This document shows positions 50,068-59,870 of a stretch of DNA of 64,000 bases, one piece after another. The stretch is from Bacteroidales bacterium. Its GTDB lineage: Bacteria > Bacteroidota > Bacteroidia > Bacteroidales > UBA12077. How positions within the stretch are numbered: the stretch's first letter is position 1; each line of letters opens with the position of its first letter. The translations under genes and the position numbers were made by a program. The stretch is taken from positions 8,171 to 72,170 of the forward strand of contig DAOWGM010000095.1 of the NCBI GenBank assembly GCA_030637515.1, written 5' to 3'. Under the pieces are notes generated by a model. It searched no databases, had not been told where the DNA came from, and saw only the letters and a program-made list of their open reading frames with translations.

Positions 50068-50128
50068 AGTATGTTATAATAGGTTAATAAACTAGTAAAT
50101 TCCCCCGTTTTGAAATAAACAAGTGTAC

Positions 50129-50406
50129 GAAAATAGTTATTTAAGCTTATGCCACAAATATGTTATAAAACATATTTGTGGTTTTTCAAAAAGATGAACG
50201 TATGGATTTTATAAATAAACGCATGAAATAATTAGTCTAATCAAAATCTAATTAACAAAACCATTTTCTTAATGCATTGCGTTCATTATTATCTTAGAAG
50301 TTATGAACAATATTATATTTTTGAGAGAATTTAAAAATCTAAATTAAACGCATTACAGACCTAAAGGTCTTAATTTTAGAAATTTGTATTGATTCTAAAT
50401 AGAAAA
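50129..50406 (-). promoter_or_regulatory. Conserved leader/promoter region, copy A (upstream of the 1884-aa RHS gene)
   Basis: It is homologous and collinear with 29381-29658. It has a 13-bp-stem hairpin ccacaaatatgtt-ataa-aacatatttgtgg (50152-50181) and the palindrome agacctaaaggtct (50357-50370). It fills the gap between the gspE-like stop (50415) and the RHS ATG (50067). Confidence 0.55.
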
Positions 50407-50414
50407 CAGGGATT

Positions 50415-51848
50415 TTAAGAATTTATTAAAATAGAATAAATTTCTTCGATGCTTGTATCACCTCTTTCGAATAACTCAAATGCAGAACCTGATAATGTTT
50501 TGAAATTGCTCATCTTTTCAATTTCATTCTCATCAATGTTTTGAGCTTTAATGTTATCTGCCAGTTCATGATCAATTGGAATTATTTCATAAACTGCTTT
50601 TCTTCCTTTGTAGCCTGTATAATAACAAGCCTCACAACCATTTGCTGTAAAATGCTCTTTCAGTTTTGATGGTGCTATATAATTGCGTGGGTATAATTCC
50701 GGATCAAATTCGTGTTTTTCTTTGCATTCAGGACAAAGCATCCTTACTAATCTTTGTGCTACCGATAAGTTCAATGTGCTTGCTACTAAAAATGGTGGTA
50801 CGCCCATATCTATCAATCGAGAAATAGTTCCCCAAGCAGAGTTTGTATGAATGGTAGATAAAACCAAATGACCTGTTAGTGCTGCACGAACAGCCATTTT
50901 GGCTGTTTCTCCGTCTCGAATCTCTCCCAGCATAATTACATCGGGATCTTGACGTAAAAAGGTTCTTAGTGCACTTGCAAAAGTCAATCCAATACTTTCT
51001 TTTAGTTGGACCTGATTAATTCCTTCAAGTGTATATTCAATGGGATCTTCAATGGTAACAATATTGGAGTATTCTTTATTTAGAATTTTTAACGTGGCGT
51101 ACAAAGTAGTCGTCTTTCCAGAACCTGTTGGTCCACTAATCAAAATTATTCCGTGTGGCTTTTTAATTCCTTCGGTATAATTTTTTAATTGATCGGGATT
51201 CATTCCCAGATACTCAATATTAATATCGGTTGCATCTTTACTTAATAAACGTAATACAACCTTTTCTCCATATAATGTAGGTAAAACTGAAACACGAATA
51301 TCAAATTTCTCATTGTCGGTATGAAAGAATATACGGCCATCTTGTGGCAATCGTTTTTCGGCAATATCGAGATTGGCTTTTATCTTTATCTTATTAATTA
51401 TAGCCGGGTAGTCTTCTTTCTTTAAAACGTAGCGTTCAATTAGTTTGCCATCAATTCGCATACGTACACGGCAACGTTCCTCGTATGATTCTATATGAAT
51501 ATCCGAGCTTCCTGTTTCGTTGGCTTCGGTAATCAGATTTATTAAGAAATCTTCTGATTTAGCAGTAAACTCTGTTGCTTTTGAACTACTTCCGGGTTTT
51601 TTCTTACGATAATATTTACCCAATGATTTTGATATAATTTCTGAATCTGTTTTTTCTAATTCAATGCTTTTACCAAACAATAACTCAAGTTCGTCTTTTA
51701 CTGTTTCAATTAATTCAGAATCTGAAATATAAAAGCTTAGTAAATTATTTTCTGCTTTTTGGGGAATTATATGATAATGCCAAGCCTGTTCGGCAGTAAT
51801 AGTCTGTTGTAATTCTGTTGAAATAAGTATATAGCCGTCCTGAATCAT
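50415..51848 (-). CDS. Type II secretion / type IV pilus assembly ATPase (GspE/PilB family)
   Basis: An N-terminal GSPII_E_N-like domain is present. Walker A is SGPTGSGKTTTLYA. Asp box and Walker B regions (DPDVIMLGEIRD), a His box (LVLSTIHTN) and a tetracysteine CPEC...CEAC are visible. Confidence 0.9.
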   Translation of the reverse strand: MIQDGYILISTELQQTITAEQAWHYHIIPQKAENNLLSFYISDSELIETVKDELELLFGKSIELEKTDSEIISKSLGKYYRKKKPGSSSKATEFTAKSEDFLINLITEANETGSSDIHIESYEERCRVRMRIDGKLIERYVLKKEDYPAIINKIKIKANLDIAEKRLPQDGRIFFHTDNEKFDIRVSVLPTLYGEKVVLRLLSKDATDINIEYLGMNPDQLKNYTEGIKKPHGIILISGPTGSGKTTTLYATLKILNKEYSNIVTIEDPIEYTLEGINQVQLKESIGLTFASALRTFLRQDPDVIMLGEIRDGETAKMAVRAALTGHLVLSTIHTNSAWGTISRLIDMGVPPFLVASTLNLSVAQRLVRMLCPECKEKHEFDPELYPRNYIAPSKLKEHFTANGCEACYYTGYKGRKAVYEIIPIDHELADNIKAQNIDENEIEKMSNFKTLSGSAFELFERGDTSIEEIYSILINS

Positions 51849-52366
51849 TAAAAAAGATTTAATTTATCTAAAATTAGATAATCGTTATAGAGATTAAACT
51901 TAATAAAAAATTGAGAAATCAGAACTATTATTAAAAAAAGAGACTGTAAACCAGCCAGAGGCACTCTTTCATTTTTATATATTTTAAACGCTTTAAGTAG
52001 AAAATAACCGATTAAACTAAAAATTACCGAGCATAAAAAGAAAACAATAAAATTTAGAGGTGAAAACAAAGGAATAATCATGATTAGAAAAAGTAAATCA
52101 CCGAAACCAAATACTGACTTAAAGATATTTTGTTTTTTTAATTTGAATCGTGAATAAAGATAGATAATGCCAAGCTGAAAAAATACAAGAATGGTATTTC
52201 CCGAAGCATTAATAAATAAGTTTAATAATGTATTTTCTGAAACAGAATTAAAGAGTATCAATCCAAATCCAGCAAGAAAAAGAATCCAGGAAACTGCTTG
52301 AAAACGAAAATCTTGATAAGAAATTAATAGGAGTACAATTAATAATAGTATAGTAATGTAAAGCAT
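51848..52366 (-). CDS. Prepilin peptidase-like (A24 family) membrane protein, short form
   Basis: 172-aa polytopic protein with the two Asp motifs expected for A24 peptidases (SYQDFRFQAVS and FGFGDLLFL). It has no N-terminal methyltransferase region. It overlaps the gspE-like gene by 1 nt. Confidence 0.5.
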   Translation of the reverse strand: MLYITILLLIVLLLISYQDFRFQAVSWILFLAGFGLILFNSVSENTLLNLFINASGNTILVFFQLGIIYLYSRFKLKKQNIFKSVFGFGDLLFLIMIIPLFSPLNFIVFFLCSVIFSLIGYFLLKAFKIYKNERVPLAGLQSLFLIIVLISQFFIKFNLYNDYLILDKLNLF

Positions 52367-52369
52367 ATA

Positions 52370-52765
52370 TTAATCTTTCACTACCTCACGAAGGTTTTTA
52401 TCCTGATCAATCTCCCATACATTGAAAGTACCATCGCCATCAAAATCGACAATAGAAGTTGCCTTTGCCCTAAATTCATTCACAGATGACTCTACAACTT
52501 CGATAATATAGTTGGCCGTACCACCTTCAGAAACCAGCTTTACATGCTCGTATCCGATTTCTTCAAAGTCGTCAGAATACCTGGAATACATATAAAAATA
52601 GCTTCTTTCAAGCATATGTATATGATCAAGCTGTAATTTAGCTTCTGTACTCCTTGCACGAGAGATAAGAGGCATTAGATTTGGTATAGCAAGTAACACC
52701 AATATTCCAATAATAATTAAAACAACCAACAGCTCCGTTAATGTAAATGCTTTTAACTTTTTCAT
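52370..52765 (-). CDS. Major pilin/pseudopilin with prepilin-type N-terminal cleavage/methylation motif
   Basis: The likely start is ATG 52765, giving MKKLKA/FTLTELLVVLIIIGILVLLAIPNL with Glu at +5. This is the first gene of the locus. Confidence 0.75.
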   Translation of the reverse strand: MKKLKAFTLTELLVVLIIIGILVLLAIPNLMPLISRARSTEAKLQLDHIHMLERSYFYMYSRYSDDFEEIGYEHVKLVSEGGTANYIIEVVESSVNEFRAKATSIVDFDGDGTFNVWEIDQDKNLREVVKD

Positions 52766-53124
52766 AACCATTAAGATTAAAAATCGATTCAAAATTAATC
52801 AAATCAATTCATTTTGAAAGAAATATAACTAAATATTTTTTATTTAATGATGACACCTTTTCGGACACCTATTACTAATGGAGATAATGTAAGTGATTGT
52901 ATTATATGTAATACTAAAATATCTTCGACTCCCGCCAGCTAAATCAATATAGATGATTATAGCCAATTTGATTTTAAAAAAATAAATAGAAATATTCAAT
53001 GTCAGAAGCTAACTATGTATTTGTATTATTTAGCTTAAATTAAAATAGGTTGACTAAATGTTGACTAAAAAGAAAAACGAACAATATTAAGTTGCTCGTT
53101 TTCTATGTATTATATTTTTCACTT

Positions 53125-53214
<90 letters not shown>

Positions 53215-53294
53215 AATAAGTTGTGCAAAAGTATAAAATTGATCTATATTACCAAATAAAACTTTGAAAAGTTTACTTCGATTTTTGCTTTTTT

Positions 53295-54062
53295 CTATTC
53301 TTTTGCTTCTATTTTCTGAATCATTTCTTCTGCATTGGTATTACCCGAATATAATTCCAACGATTTTCTATAACTTTCAACTGCTTTAGTATTTTCACCA
53401 AGAATCATATAAATCTCTCCCAAACTATCCCATACATTAAAATCATCTGGATGCATTTTAGCATTTAACTGCAATACAACTTTAGCTATATCCGGCTTCT
53501 TTTCATTTATTAATTTATAACCAAGTCCATTTAACTGATCAGCTCGAAAATTATATACGTCGTTTTCTTTTTCAAGCTCCAAATATAAATCCAATGCTTT
53601 ATCAACCCCTTCTTCTTCAATAGTTATGTGCAGAGTATCAATAATTGTCTTTTTAGGATTTGTAACATCCAATACTTCATAATCAAATATTAATGTTGAA
53701 TTTGGAGGAATTGGTCCTCGTTGCCTTTCGCCATAAGCTATTTCTGGTGGCAAAATAAAGATCCAACGGTCGCCAACACGCATCTTGCTAACTCCTTCTT
53801 CAACTCCTTTAATTACACTATTGGTGCCAGTTATAAAATAAAATGGAGAATTACTTTCGCGGGTTTCCCAAAAGACTTCTCCATTTTCTAAAGTACCTAT
53901 TCCATGCAATTTAACTTCTTTTCCTTCTTCAACTTTTTCACCTTCGCCCTTTTCAACTATATAATACTTTAAACCACTGTCAGTTTTAATAGTATCAGCT
54001 GACTGTGCGCTTACTGAAATTACATAAACCCAGAAACTGATAATGAAAAGAAGTTTTTTCAT
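53295..54062 (-). CDS. FKBP-type peptidyl-prolyl cis-trans isomerase with C-terminal TPR-like region
   Basis: It has a signal peptide. GLKYYIVEKGEG...VKLHGIGTLENGEVF...VIKGVEEGVSKMRVGDRWIFILPPEIAYG...PPNSTLIFDYEVLDV is a classic FKBP_C pattern. Confidence 0.8.
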   Translation of the reverse strand: MKKLLFIISFWVYVISVSAQSADTIKTDSGLKYYIVEKGEGEKVEEGKEVKLHGIGTLENGEVFWETRESNSPFYFITGTNSVIKGVEEGVSKMRVGDRWIFILPPEIAYGERQRGPIPPNSTLIFDYEVLDVTNPKKTIIDTLHITIEEEGVDKALDLYLELEKENDVYNFRADQLNGLGYKLINEKKPDIAKVVLQLNAKMHPDDFNVWDSLGEIYMILGENTKAVESYRKSLELYSGNTNAEEMIQKIEAKE

Positions 54063-54068
54063 GTTATC

Positions 54069-55043
54069 TTATTTCTTATCTTTTTTTCCTGGTTTAGCAA
54101 TTGAGTCTCTCATTTTGGTATCAGCCTCAATATTCTTAAATTTATAATAATCCATGATTCCAAGATTACCTGTTTTAAATGCATCTGCCATAGCTAAAGG
54201 AATCTGAGCCTCTGCTTCTATTACTTTAGCACGCGCTTCCTGTGCTTTTGCGATCATTTCTTGCTCTTCAGCCACAGCCATAGCTCTACGTTCTTCTGCT
54301 TTTGCCTGAGCAATATTCTTATCAGCATTAGCCTGGTCCATTTGTAATACAGCACCAATATTTTTTCCTATATCAATATCAGCAATATCAATTGAAAGAA
54401 TTTCAAATGCAGTTCCGGCATCCAGTCCTTTTTCCAATACTACTCTTGAAATCGAGTCTGGATTTTCTAATACGGCTTTATGTGATGGTGACGAACCAAT
54501 TGAAGAAACAATACCTTCACCAACACGAGCCAAAACAGTATCTTCTCCAGCACCACCAACTAATTGTTTAATATTGGCACGCACTGTTACTCTGGCTTTA
54601 CAAATTAACTGAATACCATCTTTAGCAACTGCAGTTACCGGAGGAGTATCAATCACTTTTGGGTTTACCGACATTTGAACTGCTTCTAAGACATTTCGTC
54701 CAGCCAAATCGATTGCTGTAGCCATATTAAATGGCAAACCAATATTCGCTTTCTCTGCTGAAACCAACGCATGTACTACATCTTGAACTTTACCACCTGC
54801 AAGATAATGAGCTTCAAGATCGTTTCGGTTTAATATTAAACCTGCCTTAGTTCCTTCAATCAAAGCACGAACAATAATTGATGGAGGCACTTTACGCCAT
54901 CTCATAAAGATTAATTGTAATAACGATATTCTAACACCCGAAACAAGTGCCTGAAACCATAATCCAATTGGGATTAAATATAAAAACAAATAGAGTAATA
55001 TAATTACTCCAACAATAATTCCTACTAAAGGCCACATTTCCAT
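54069..55043 (-). CDS. floA: Flotillin-like protein FloA (UPF0365/YqfA family)
   Basis: There is extended near-identity to remembered B. subtilis FloA blocks: [72 protein letters not shown] and [18 protein letters not shown]. Confidence 0.88.
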   Translation of the reverse strand: MEMWPLVGIIVGVIILLYLFLYLIPIGLWFQALVSGVRISLLQLIFMRWRKVPPSIIVRALIEGTKAGLILNRNDLEAHYLAGGKVQDVVHALVSAEKANIGLPFNMATAIDLAGRNVLEAVQMSVNPKVIDTPPVTAVAKDGIQLICKARVTVRANIKQLVGGAGEDTVLARVGEGIVSSIGSSPSHKAVLENPDSISRVVLEKGLDAGTAFEILSIDIADIDIGKNIGAVLQMDQANADKNIAQAKAEERRAMAVAEEQEMIAKAQEARAKVIEAEAQIPLAMADAFKTGNLGIMDYYKFKNIEADTKMRDSIAKPGKKDKK

Positions 55044-55049
55044 AATATT

Positions 55050-55517
55050 TTAATTTAAAGGTTTAACAATAAGATGTGATCCATCAATCTTTTTTACTTC
55101 AATTTTTGTTTTAGGATCAATATATGAATCTACTGATTTTGCTTCGTAGAACTTTTCTTTAATTATTACTTTCCCATAAGGATTTAAACGAGTAATTGTT
55201 TCTCCCATATCGCCAACATTAATCTCAGAATCTAATGATGAGCTTGATTTTCCTTCAATCTTTGCTTTAAGTGCCATTTTACTCCACGTACCTGATCGTA
55301 GCATTATAAATACTGATAAAATTGCAATAACTGCTGTAATTCCTAAAATATAATGCCCGGCTGGAGTTCCGTATTGCTTATATCCAAAGTATACTCCAAC
55401 AACAATTGAAATTGCACCTGCAATACCTGCAACTGTAAAACCTGGTATTATTAAAAATTCAACATAGAACAGAATAATTCCGAGAATAATTAAAAAGATA
55501 ATAGCTGTTAATGACAT
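55050..55517 (-). CDS. NfeD-family membrane protein
   Basis: 155 aa with N-terminal TM helices and a C-terminal OB-fold-like segment (GETITRLNPYGKVIIKEKFYEAKS). It is paired with floA, as is typical. Confidence 0.7.
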   Translation of the reverse strand: MSLTAIIFLIILGIILFYVEFLIIPGFTVAGIAGAISIVVGVYFGYKQYGTPAGHYILGITAVIAILSVFIMLRSGTWSKMALKAKIEGKSSSSLDSEINVGDMGETITRLNPYGKVIIKEKFYEAKSVDSYIDPKTKIEVKKIDGSHLIVKPLN

Positions 55518-55522
55518 AAAAT

Positions 55523-55846
55523 TTAATTTAATGAAACTGTGAGTCCTTTATCGATTAATCCATCGTACATTTCTTTTACAACAGTATACTTTCCCTGCTT
55601 CACATCGCATGATCCACGATAATGAACTAAATAAGTGCATTGTTCAGCCTGAACTATGTTGTGGTCACAAATTTCAATTAATGATTCAATTACAAAATTA
55701 AAATCATGAATATCATCATTATGTAAAATCAACAAATAATCCTTTCCTTCCTGCGGATTTTCTTTCAAATTTGGATTATCTTCTAAATTTCTCTTTCGAT
55801 TCATAATTTGATTAATCATTTTTGTTATGAAAGGCCTAATATACAA
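55523..55846 (-). CDS. clpS: ATP-dependent Clp protease adaptor ClpS (start uncertain; ATG 55819 also possible)
   Basis: YLLILHNDDIHDFNFVIESLIEICDHNIVQAEQCTYLVHYRGSCDV matches the ClpS core. Confidence 0.8.
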   Translation of the reverse strand: MYIRPFITKMINQIMNRKRNLEDNPNLKENPQEGKDYLLILHNDDIHDFNFVIESLIEICDHNIVQAEQCTYLVHYRGSCDVKQGKYTVVKEMYDGLIDKGLTVSLN

Positions 55847-55879
55847 TATAAATCAATATAAAAGTACTATTTTTTTATG

Positions 55880-58138
55880 TTATTTAGTGATTTTTCTGGC
55901 TTGCTCTAATGGCATTTTAATTTTAGCAAATAACGCCTGAATCTCAATATTATTATTTGTAATTACTTCGGTTTTCTTTTTTACTTTATCAGCATCTTCG
56001 AACCTTGTAAATGTTTTAATATAATAAACATTATTACTATCTTTCTCCTCAATTGTTATTTCCTTCTCCGTTGAAATTAATTTATTCAGCTTATCAAAAA
56101 ACAAAGTATCTGCTTTATTAATTTCAACTTTTACTATATAACTAATAGATAAATCTAACTCACCCGAAAATATTTTACTTTCAGTATTATTTACATCTGA
56201 TGTAATCAATTCTATTTTTTTCGACTCCATTTTCACAGCCTCTTTTACCGGAATTATTCTTCCTTTGAAAAACGCGACGATATATGCATCCTTAAAACCC
56301 AATCTTTTAACATCTAAGATTTTTCCTTCTGCATTACTTAATTTCAAAAAATGTCCAGCCAAATACTTTCTTATCGTGCTTCCTTCTTTATGAAGACAGT
56401 AAAGAGGCTCAAGTCCTTTAAATACTCTTGGAGGTTTTTCAGAACTAAATGCTCCTAATTGTATCATATAAATTACCCTGTCAGGCAGTACCTTATTTAC
56501 CGGAATCGGATTTTGTTCGTTATAAGCAGATGGTTGCTTCACTCTCAAACCAGTTTTATTACGAACTAATTTACTGCTATCAACAAAAACTTTAGCAGGT
56601 TTTAATATAGACTTTCTTATGCTTGTGTCAACAGGTTCAATGTAATTCTTTTCTTTTGGAATACTTTCTTTGGTCTTTTGCTTTGTTTTATGAGTATTTT
56701 CATAAATAGTCTTATTGTCAGCCAAATTTAATTGTTCAATCTGCCTTACATTGTTATAGCATTTATCTGCTTCTTTTTGTATTTGATATATTTCTTTTTC
56801 AAGATTTATTATTGAATTGGTCAAATCGTTTTTCTTTTGCTCATTTCCTACATTATCCAGTTCCGATCTCTTATCATCTAAAATCCATTGTAAGGAATCG
56901 GCACTAAACTGAAAACTTGCTGCCCTTTTTAACAAACTATCATATTCTGTTTTATGTAAAAGCTTTTCTTGTTCTTGCAATTTTACAATCTCAGATCCAC
57001 TGGATTTATATTCTTCTTTTTGTCTATTTTCAAAAGATTCAACATCAACTTCAGGATATGCATATTTTAAAATTGATTTATGATTTTCAACTTCAATAAA
57101 TGGTTTAGAATAGTTAAGTTTAATTTTATAAACGGTGTAACCTGAATTATTATAATCTCTATCTGTAGCAAAAAAAGCAGTTTTTTTATCAGGTGACGGA
57201 ACAAAAAGGATATCATAATAAGGTGAATTAATTGGGTAATCAAGATTTACGGGTTCGGTCCATTCCTGATACTCCCAACTCCACGTACTTTTATATAAAT
57301 CATAACCACCCATACTATAGTGCCCTTTTGAAGCAAAATATAATGTTGCTCCATCGGAATGTAAAAACGGGTAATTCTCATCAAAAGGGGTATTTATTAC
57401 ATTGCCGAGATTCTCCGGCTCACCGTATAAAGAATCGCTATACCGTACAATTCTGTATATATCATAATCTCCACGCTCATTATTTTTTGCTGAATAATAA
57501 AGCACTTCCTCTGAATCAGCACTTACAGGTATGAAAACAATTGTATTTTCAGTTATAGAATCATTAATATGAAAAGAAGTTTTTATGTTTTTAAATTTCC
57601 CACCTAAATCATGAGTGTCATATTCCTTATAAAATTTATCTTCTGTGGATTGAATTTTATCATAAACCGAAGGAATCCGAGCATATTTAACAAGATAAAT
57701 TCCATTTAGAGCTTTTGAAAGATAATTATCCAGCTCTAATTCATATTTTTGTTTTGGACTTGCATTTTCTTCAAATTCTTTAAAATTATCAAGAGCTTCA
57801 TCAAACTGATAATTTCTTAAATACGCAATACCAAGGTAAAAATAGACTTCATTAGTAATATCATTTTCGGCAGCATACTGCAAATGTTCTAATGCACTTT
57901 CTGGATTCTTTTCAATATTTAACAAACATACTCCAGTATAATAATTATACCCAGGATCTTTTGGATAAACATCCAGCATTTTTTTGTAATAAGAATATGC
58001 GTCTATGTAGTTTTTCTGCAAGAAATTATGATAAGCAGTTTTTAGTTCAATAAAATCATGATTTTCTGTCTGTGAATATAATTCACAAAAAAAAGTCAGG
58101 CTAAATAAAATCAATAAAACAAACTTATACTTTTGCAT
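55880..58138 (-). CDS. Secreted TPR + PD40/WD40-like + SPOR-like domain protein
   Basis: The likely start is ATG 58138 (MQKYKFVLLILFSLTFFCELYSQ). It has N-terminal TPR-like repeats and a central TolB/PD40-like segment (PFLHSDGATLYFAS...GGYDLY). IQLGAFSS...YLAGHF is SPOR-like. Confidence 0.5.
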   Translation of the reverse strand: MQKYKFVLLILFSLTFFCELYSQTENHDFIELKTAYHNFLQKNYIDAYSYYKKMLDVYPKDPGYNYYTGVCLLNIEKNPESALEHLQYAAENDITNEVYFYLGIAYLRNYQFDEALDNFKEFEENASPKQKYELELDNYLSKALNGIYLVKYARIPSVYDKIQSTEDKFYKEYDTHDLGGKFKNIKTSFHINDSITENTIVFIPVSADSEEVLYYSAKNNERGDYDIYRIVRYSDSLYGEPENLGNVINTPFDENYPFLHSDGATLYFASKGHYSMGGYDLYKSTWSWEYQEWTEPVNLDYPINSPYYDILFVPSPDKKTAFFATDRDYNNSGYTVYKIKLNYSKPFIEVENHKSILKYAYPEVDVESFENRQKEEYKSSGSEIVKLQEQEKLLHKTEYDSLLKRAASFQFSADSLQWILDDKRSELDNVGNEQKKNDLTNSIINLEKEIYQIQKEADKCYNNVRQIEQLNLADNKTIYENTHKTKQKTKESIPKEKNYIEPVDTSIRKSILKPAKVFVDSSKLVRNKTGLRVKQPSAYNEQNPIPVNKVLPDRVIYMIQLGAFSSEKPPRVFKGLEPLYCLHKEGSTIRKYLAGHFLKLSNAEGKILDVKRLGFKDAYIVAFFKGRIIPVKEAVKMESKKIELITSDVNNTESKIFSGELDLSISYIVKVEINKADTLFFDKLNKLISTEKEITIEEKDSNNVYYIKTFTRFEDADKVKKKTEVITNNNIEIQALFAKIKMPLEQARKITK

Positions 58139-58347
58139 ACTATAGTATTGCATTACGAATTGCATACACAAATTTAACATACCTTAAACAGAGGTAAAAG
58201 AAAATACCAAATATCTTTTGTATTTTTTTAATAATCTGTAAATTAAGTGTCTGTAATTTTGTTAATAAAGATTTATAAACATTTAATCTACAAATTCTGT
58301 CTTATCAATGATATTTTTTAAATTTATAAACTTAATTTAACTATACT

Positions 58348-58812
58348 ATGATAATTCTTAAAGAAGGTGATAAAGCTCCTGGCTTTAATGGAACTGACCA
58401 AAACGGCGATATTATTTCACTCGATAAATACAAAGGTAAAAAAGTTATTCTGTTTTTTTATCCAAAAGATAATACTCCAGGATGTACTGCAGAAGCTTGT
58501 AATTTAAGAGATAATTATTCTGATATTTTAGGAAAAGGATTAGATGTAATTGGAGTTAGCCCTGACAAGGAAGCTTCTCACATGAAATTTATTGGAAAAT
58601 ATGATTTGCCTTTCAAACTTATTTCTGATCCCGAAAAAGAAATTTTAAAGCTATACAATGCCTGGGGTGAAAAGAAGTTGTATGGCAGAACTTATGATGG
58701 TGTATTACGAAAAACCTTCATAATTAATGAAAATCAAGAAATTGAAAAGATTATTGAAAAAGTAAAAACAAAAGATCATACGAATCAGATATTTCAAGAA
58801 CTAAAATTCTAA
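58348..58812 (+). CDS. bcp: Thioredoxin-dependent peroxiredoxin Bcp
   Basis: [22 protein letters not shown] is the peroxidatic Cys motif. The size is 154 aa. Confidence 0.85.
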   Translation: MIILKEGDKAPGFNGTDQNGDIISLDKYKGKKVILFFYPKDNTPGCTAEACNLRDNYSDILGKGLDVIGVSPDKEASHMKFIGKYDLPFKLISDPEKEILKLYNAWGEKKLYGRTYDGVLRKTFIINENQEIEKIIEKVKTKDHTNQIFQELKF

Positions 58813-58831
58813 AAAAGATAAAATAAAAACC

Positions 58832-59860
58832 ATGGATAAAGAAAAGAAAGATAATTCGAACAATGAAAACATCAATAAAGAAAAGTTAAAGGCACTGCAG
58901 CTTACACTTGATCAAATTGATAAAAATTACGGCAAAGGTGCTATAATGAAAATGGGCGACAAAGCTATAATTGATGTACCTTCAATTTCTTCAGGCTCTA
59001 TTTCAATAGATATGGCGCTTGGAATTGGTGGTTTTCCCCGTGGTAGAGTTATTGAAATATATGGTCCTGAATCTTCAGGAAAAACAACATTAGCAATACA
59101 TGCAATTGCTGAAGCTCAGAAAAAAGGAGGAATTGCAGCTATTATTGATGCTGAACATGCTTTCGACAGGTTTTATGCCGAAAAATTAGGTGTCGATGTG
59201 GAAAACCTTTTGATATCACAACCCGATAACGGAGAACAAGCACTTGAAATTGCTGATCATCTTATTCGCTCAGGAGCAATAGATATAGTAGTTATTGACT
59301 CAGTTGCTGCACTTACTCCTAAAGCTGAAATTGAAGGTGAAATGGGCGATTCACGAATGGGTTTACAAGCTCGTCTTATGTCTCAGGCACTAAGAAAACT
59401 GACTGCAAATATTAGCAAAACTAATACCTGTATTATTTTTATTAATCAGTTACGCGAGAAAATTGGTGTTATGTTCGGAAATCCAGAAACAACTACTGGT
59501 GGAAATGCACTAAAATTTTATGCTTCAGTACGAATTGATATAAGAAGAATTGGACAAATTAAAGATGGTGAAGATATTAATGGAAATAGAACTAGAGTTA
59601 AAATAGTTAAGAACAAACTTGCTCCACCATTTAAAAAAGCAGAATTTGATATTATGTATGGTCTGGGAATATCAAAAGTTGGTGAAATAGTAGACTTAGG
59701 TGTTGACAGAGAGGTTGTTAAGAAGAGCGGATCATGGTTTAGTTATGGTGAAACAAAACTTGGTCAGGGACGCGAAGCCGTAAAACAATTGCTAAAAGAT
59801 AATCCAGAGTTAGCTGAAGAGCTTGAAATGAAAATTATGGAATCATTTAAAAATAATTAA
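58832..59860 (+). CDS. recA: Recombinase RecA
   Basis: The signatures are [45 protein letters not shown] and [32 protein letters not shown]. Confidence 0.97.
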   Translation: MDKEKKDNSNNENINKEKLKALQLTLDQIDKNYGKGAIMKMGDKAIIDVPSISSGSISIDMALGIGGFPRGRVIEIYGPESSGKTTLAIHAIAEAQKKGGIAAIIDAEHAFDRFYAEKLGVDVENLLISQPDNGEQALEIADHLIRSGAIDIVVIDSVAALTPKAEIEGEMGDSRMGLQARLMSQALRKLTANISKTNTCIIFINQLREKIGVMFGNPETTTGGNALKFYASVRIDIRRIGQIKDGEDINGNRTRVKIVKNKLAPPFKKAEFDIMYGLGISKVGEIVDLGVDREVVKKSGSWFSYGETKLGQGREAVKQLLKDNPELAEELEMKIMESFKNN

Positions 59861-59870
59861 TCATTATACT

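Noticed and set aside
15997-52792. Type IX secretion as the export route for the giant proteins
   Set aside because: I could not recognise a T9SS C-terminal sorting domain at any of the four C-termini, and no T9SS component genes are in the window. This is a by-eye judgement and needs an HMM check.
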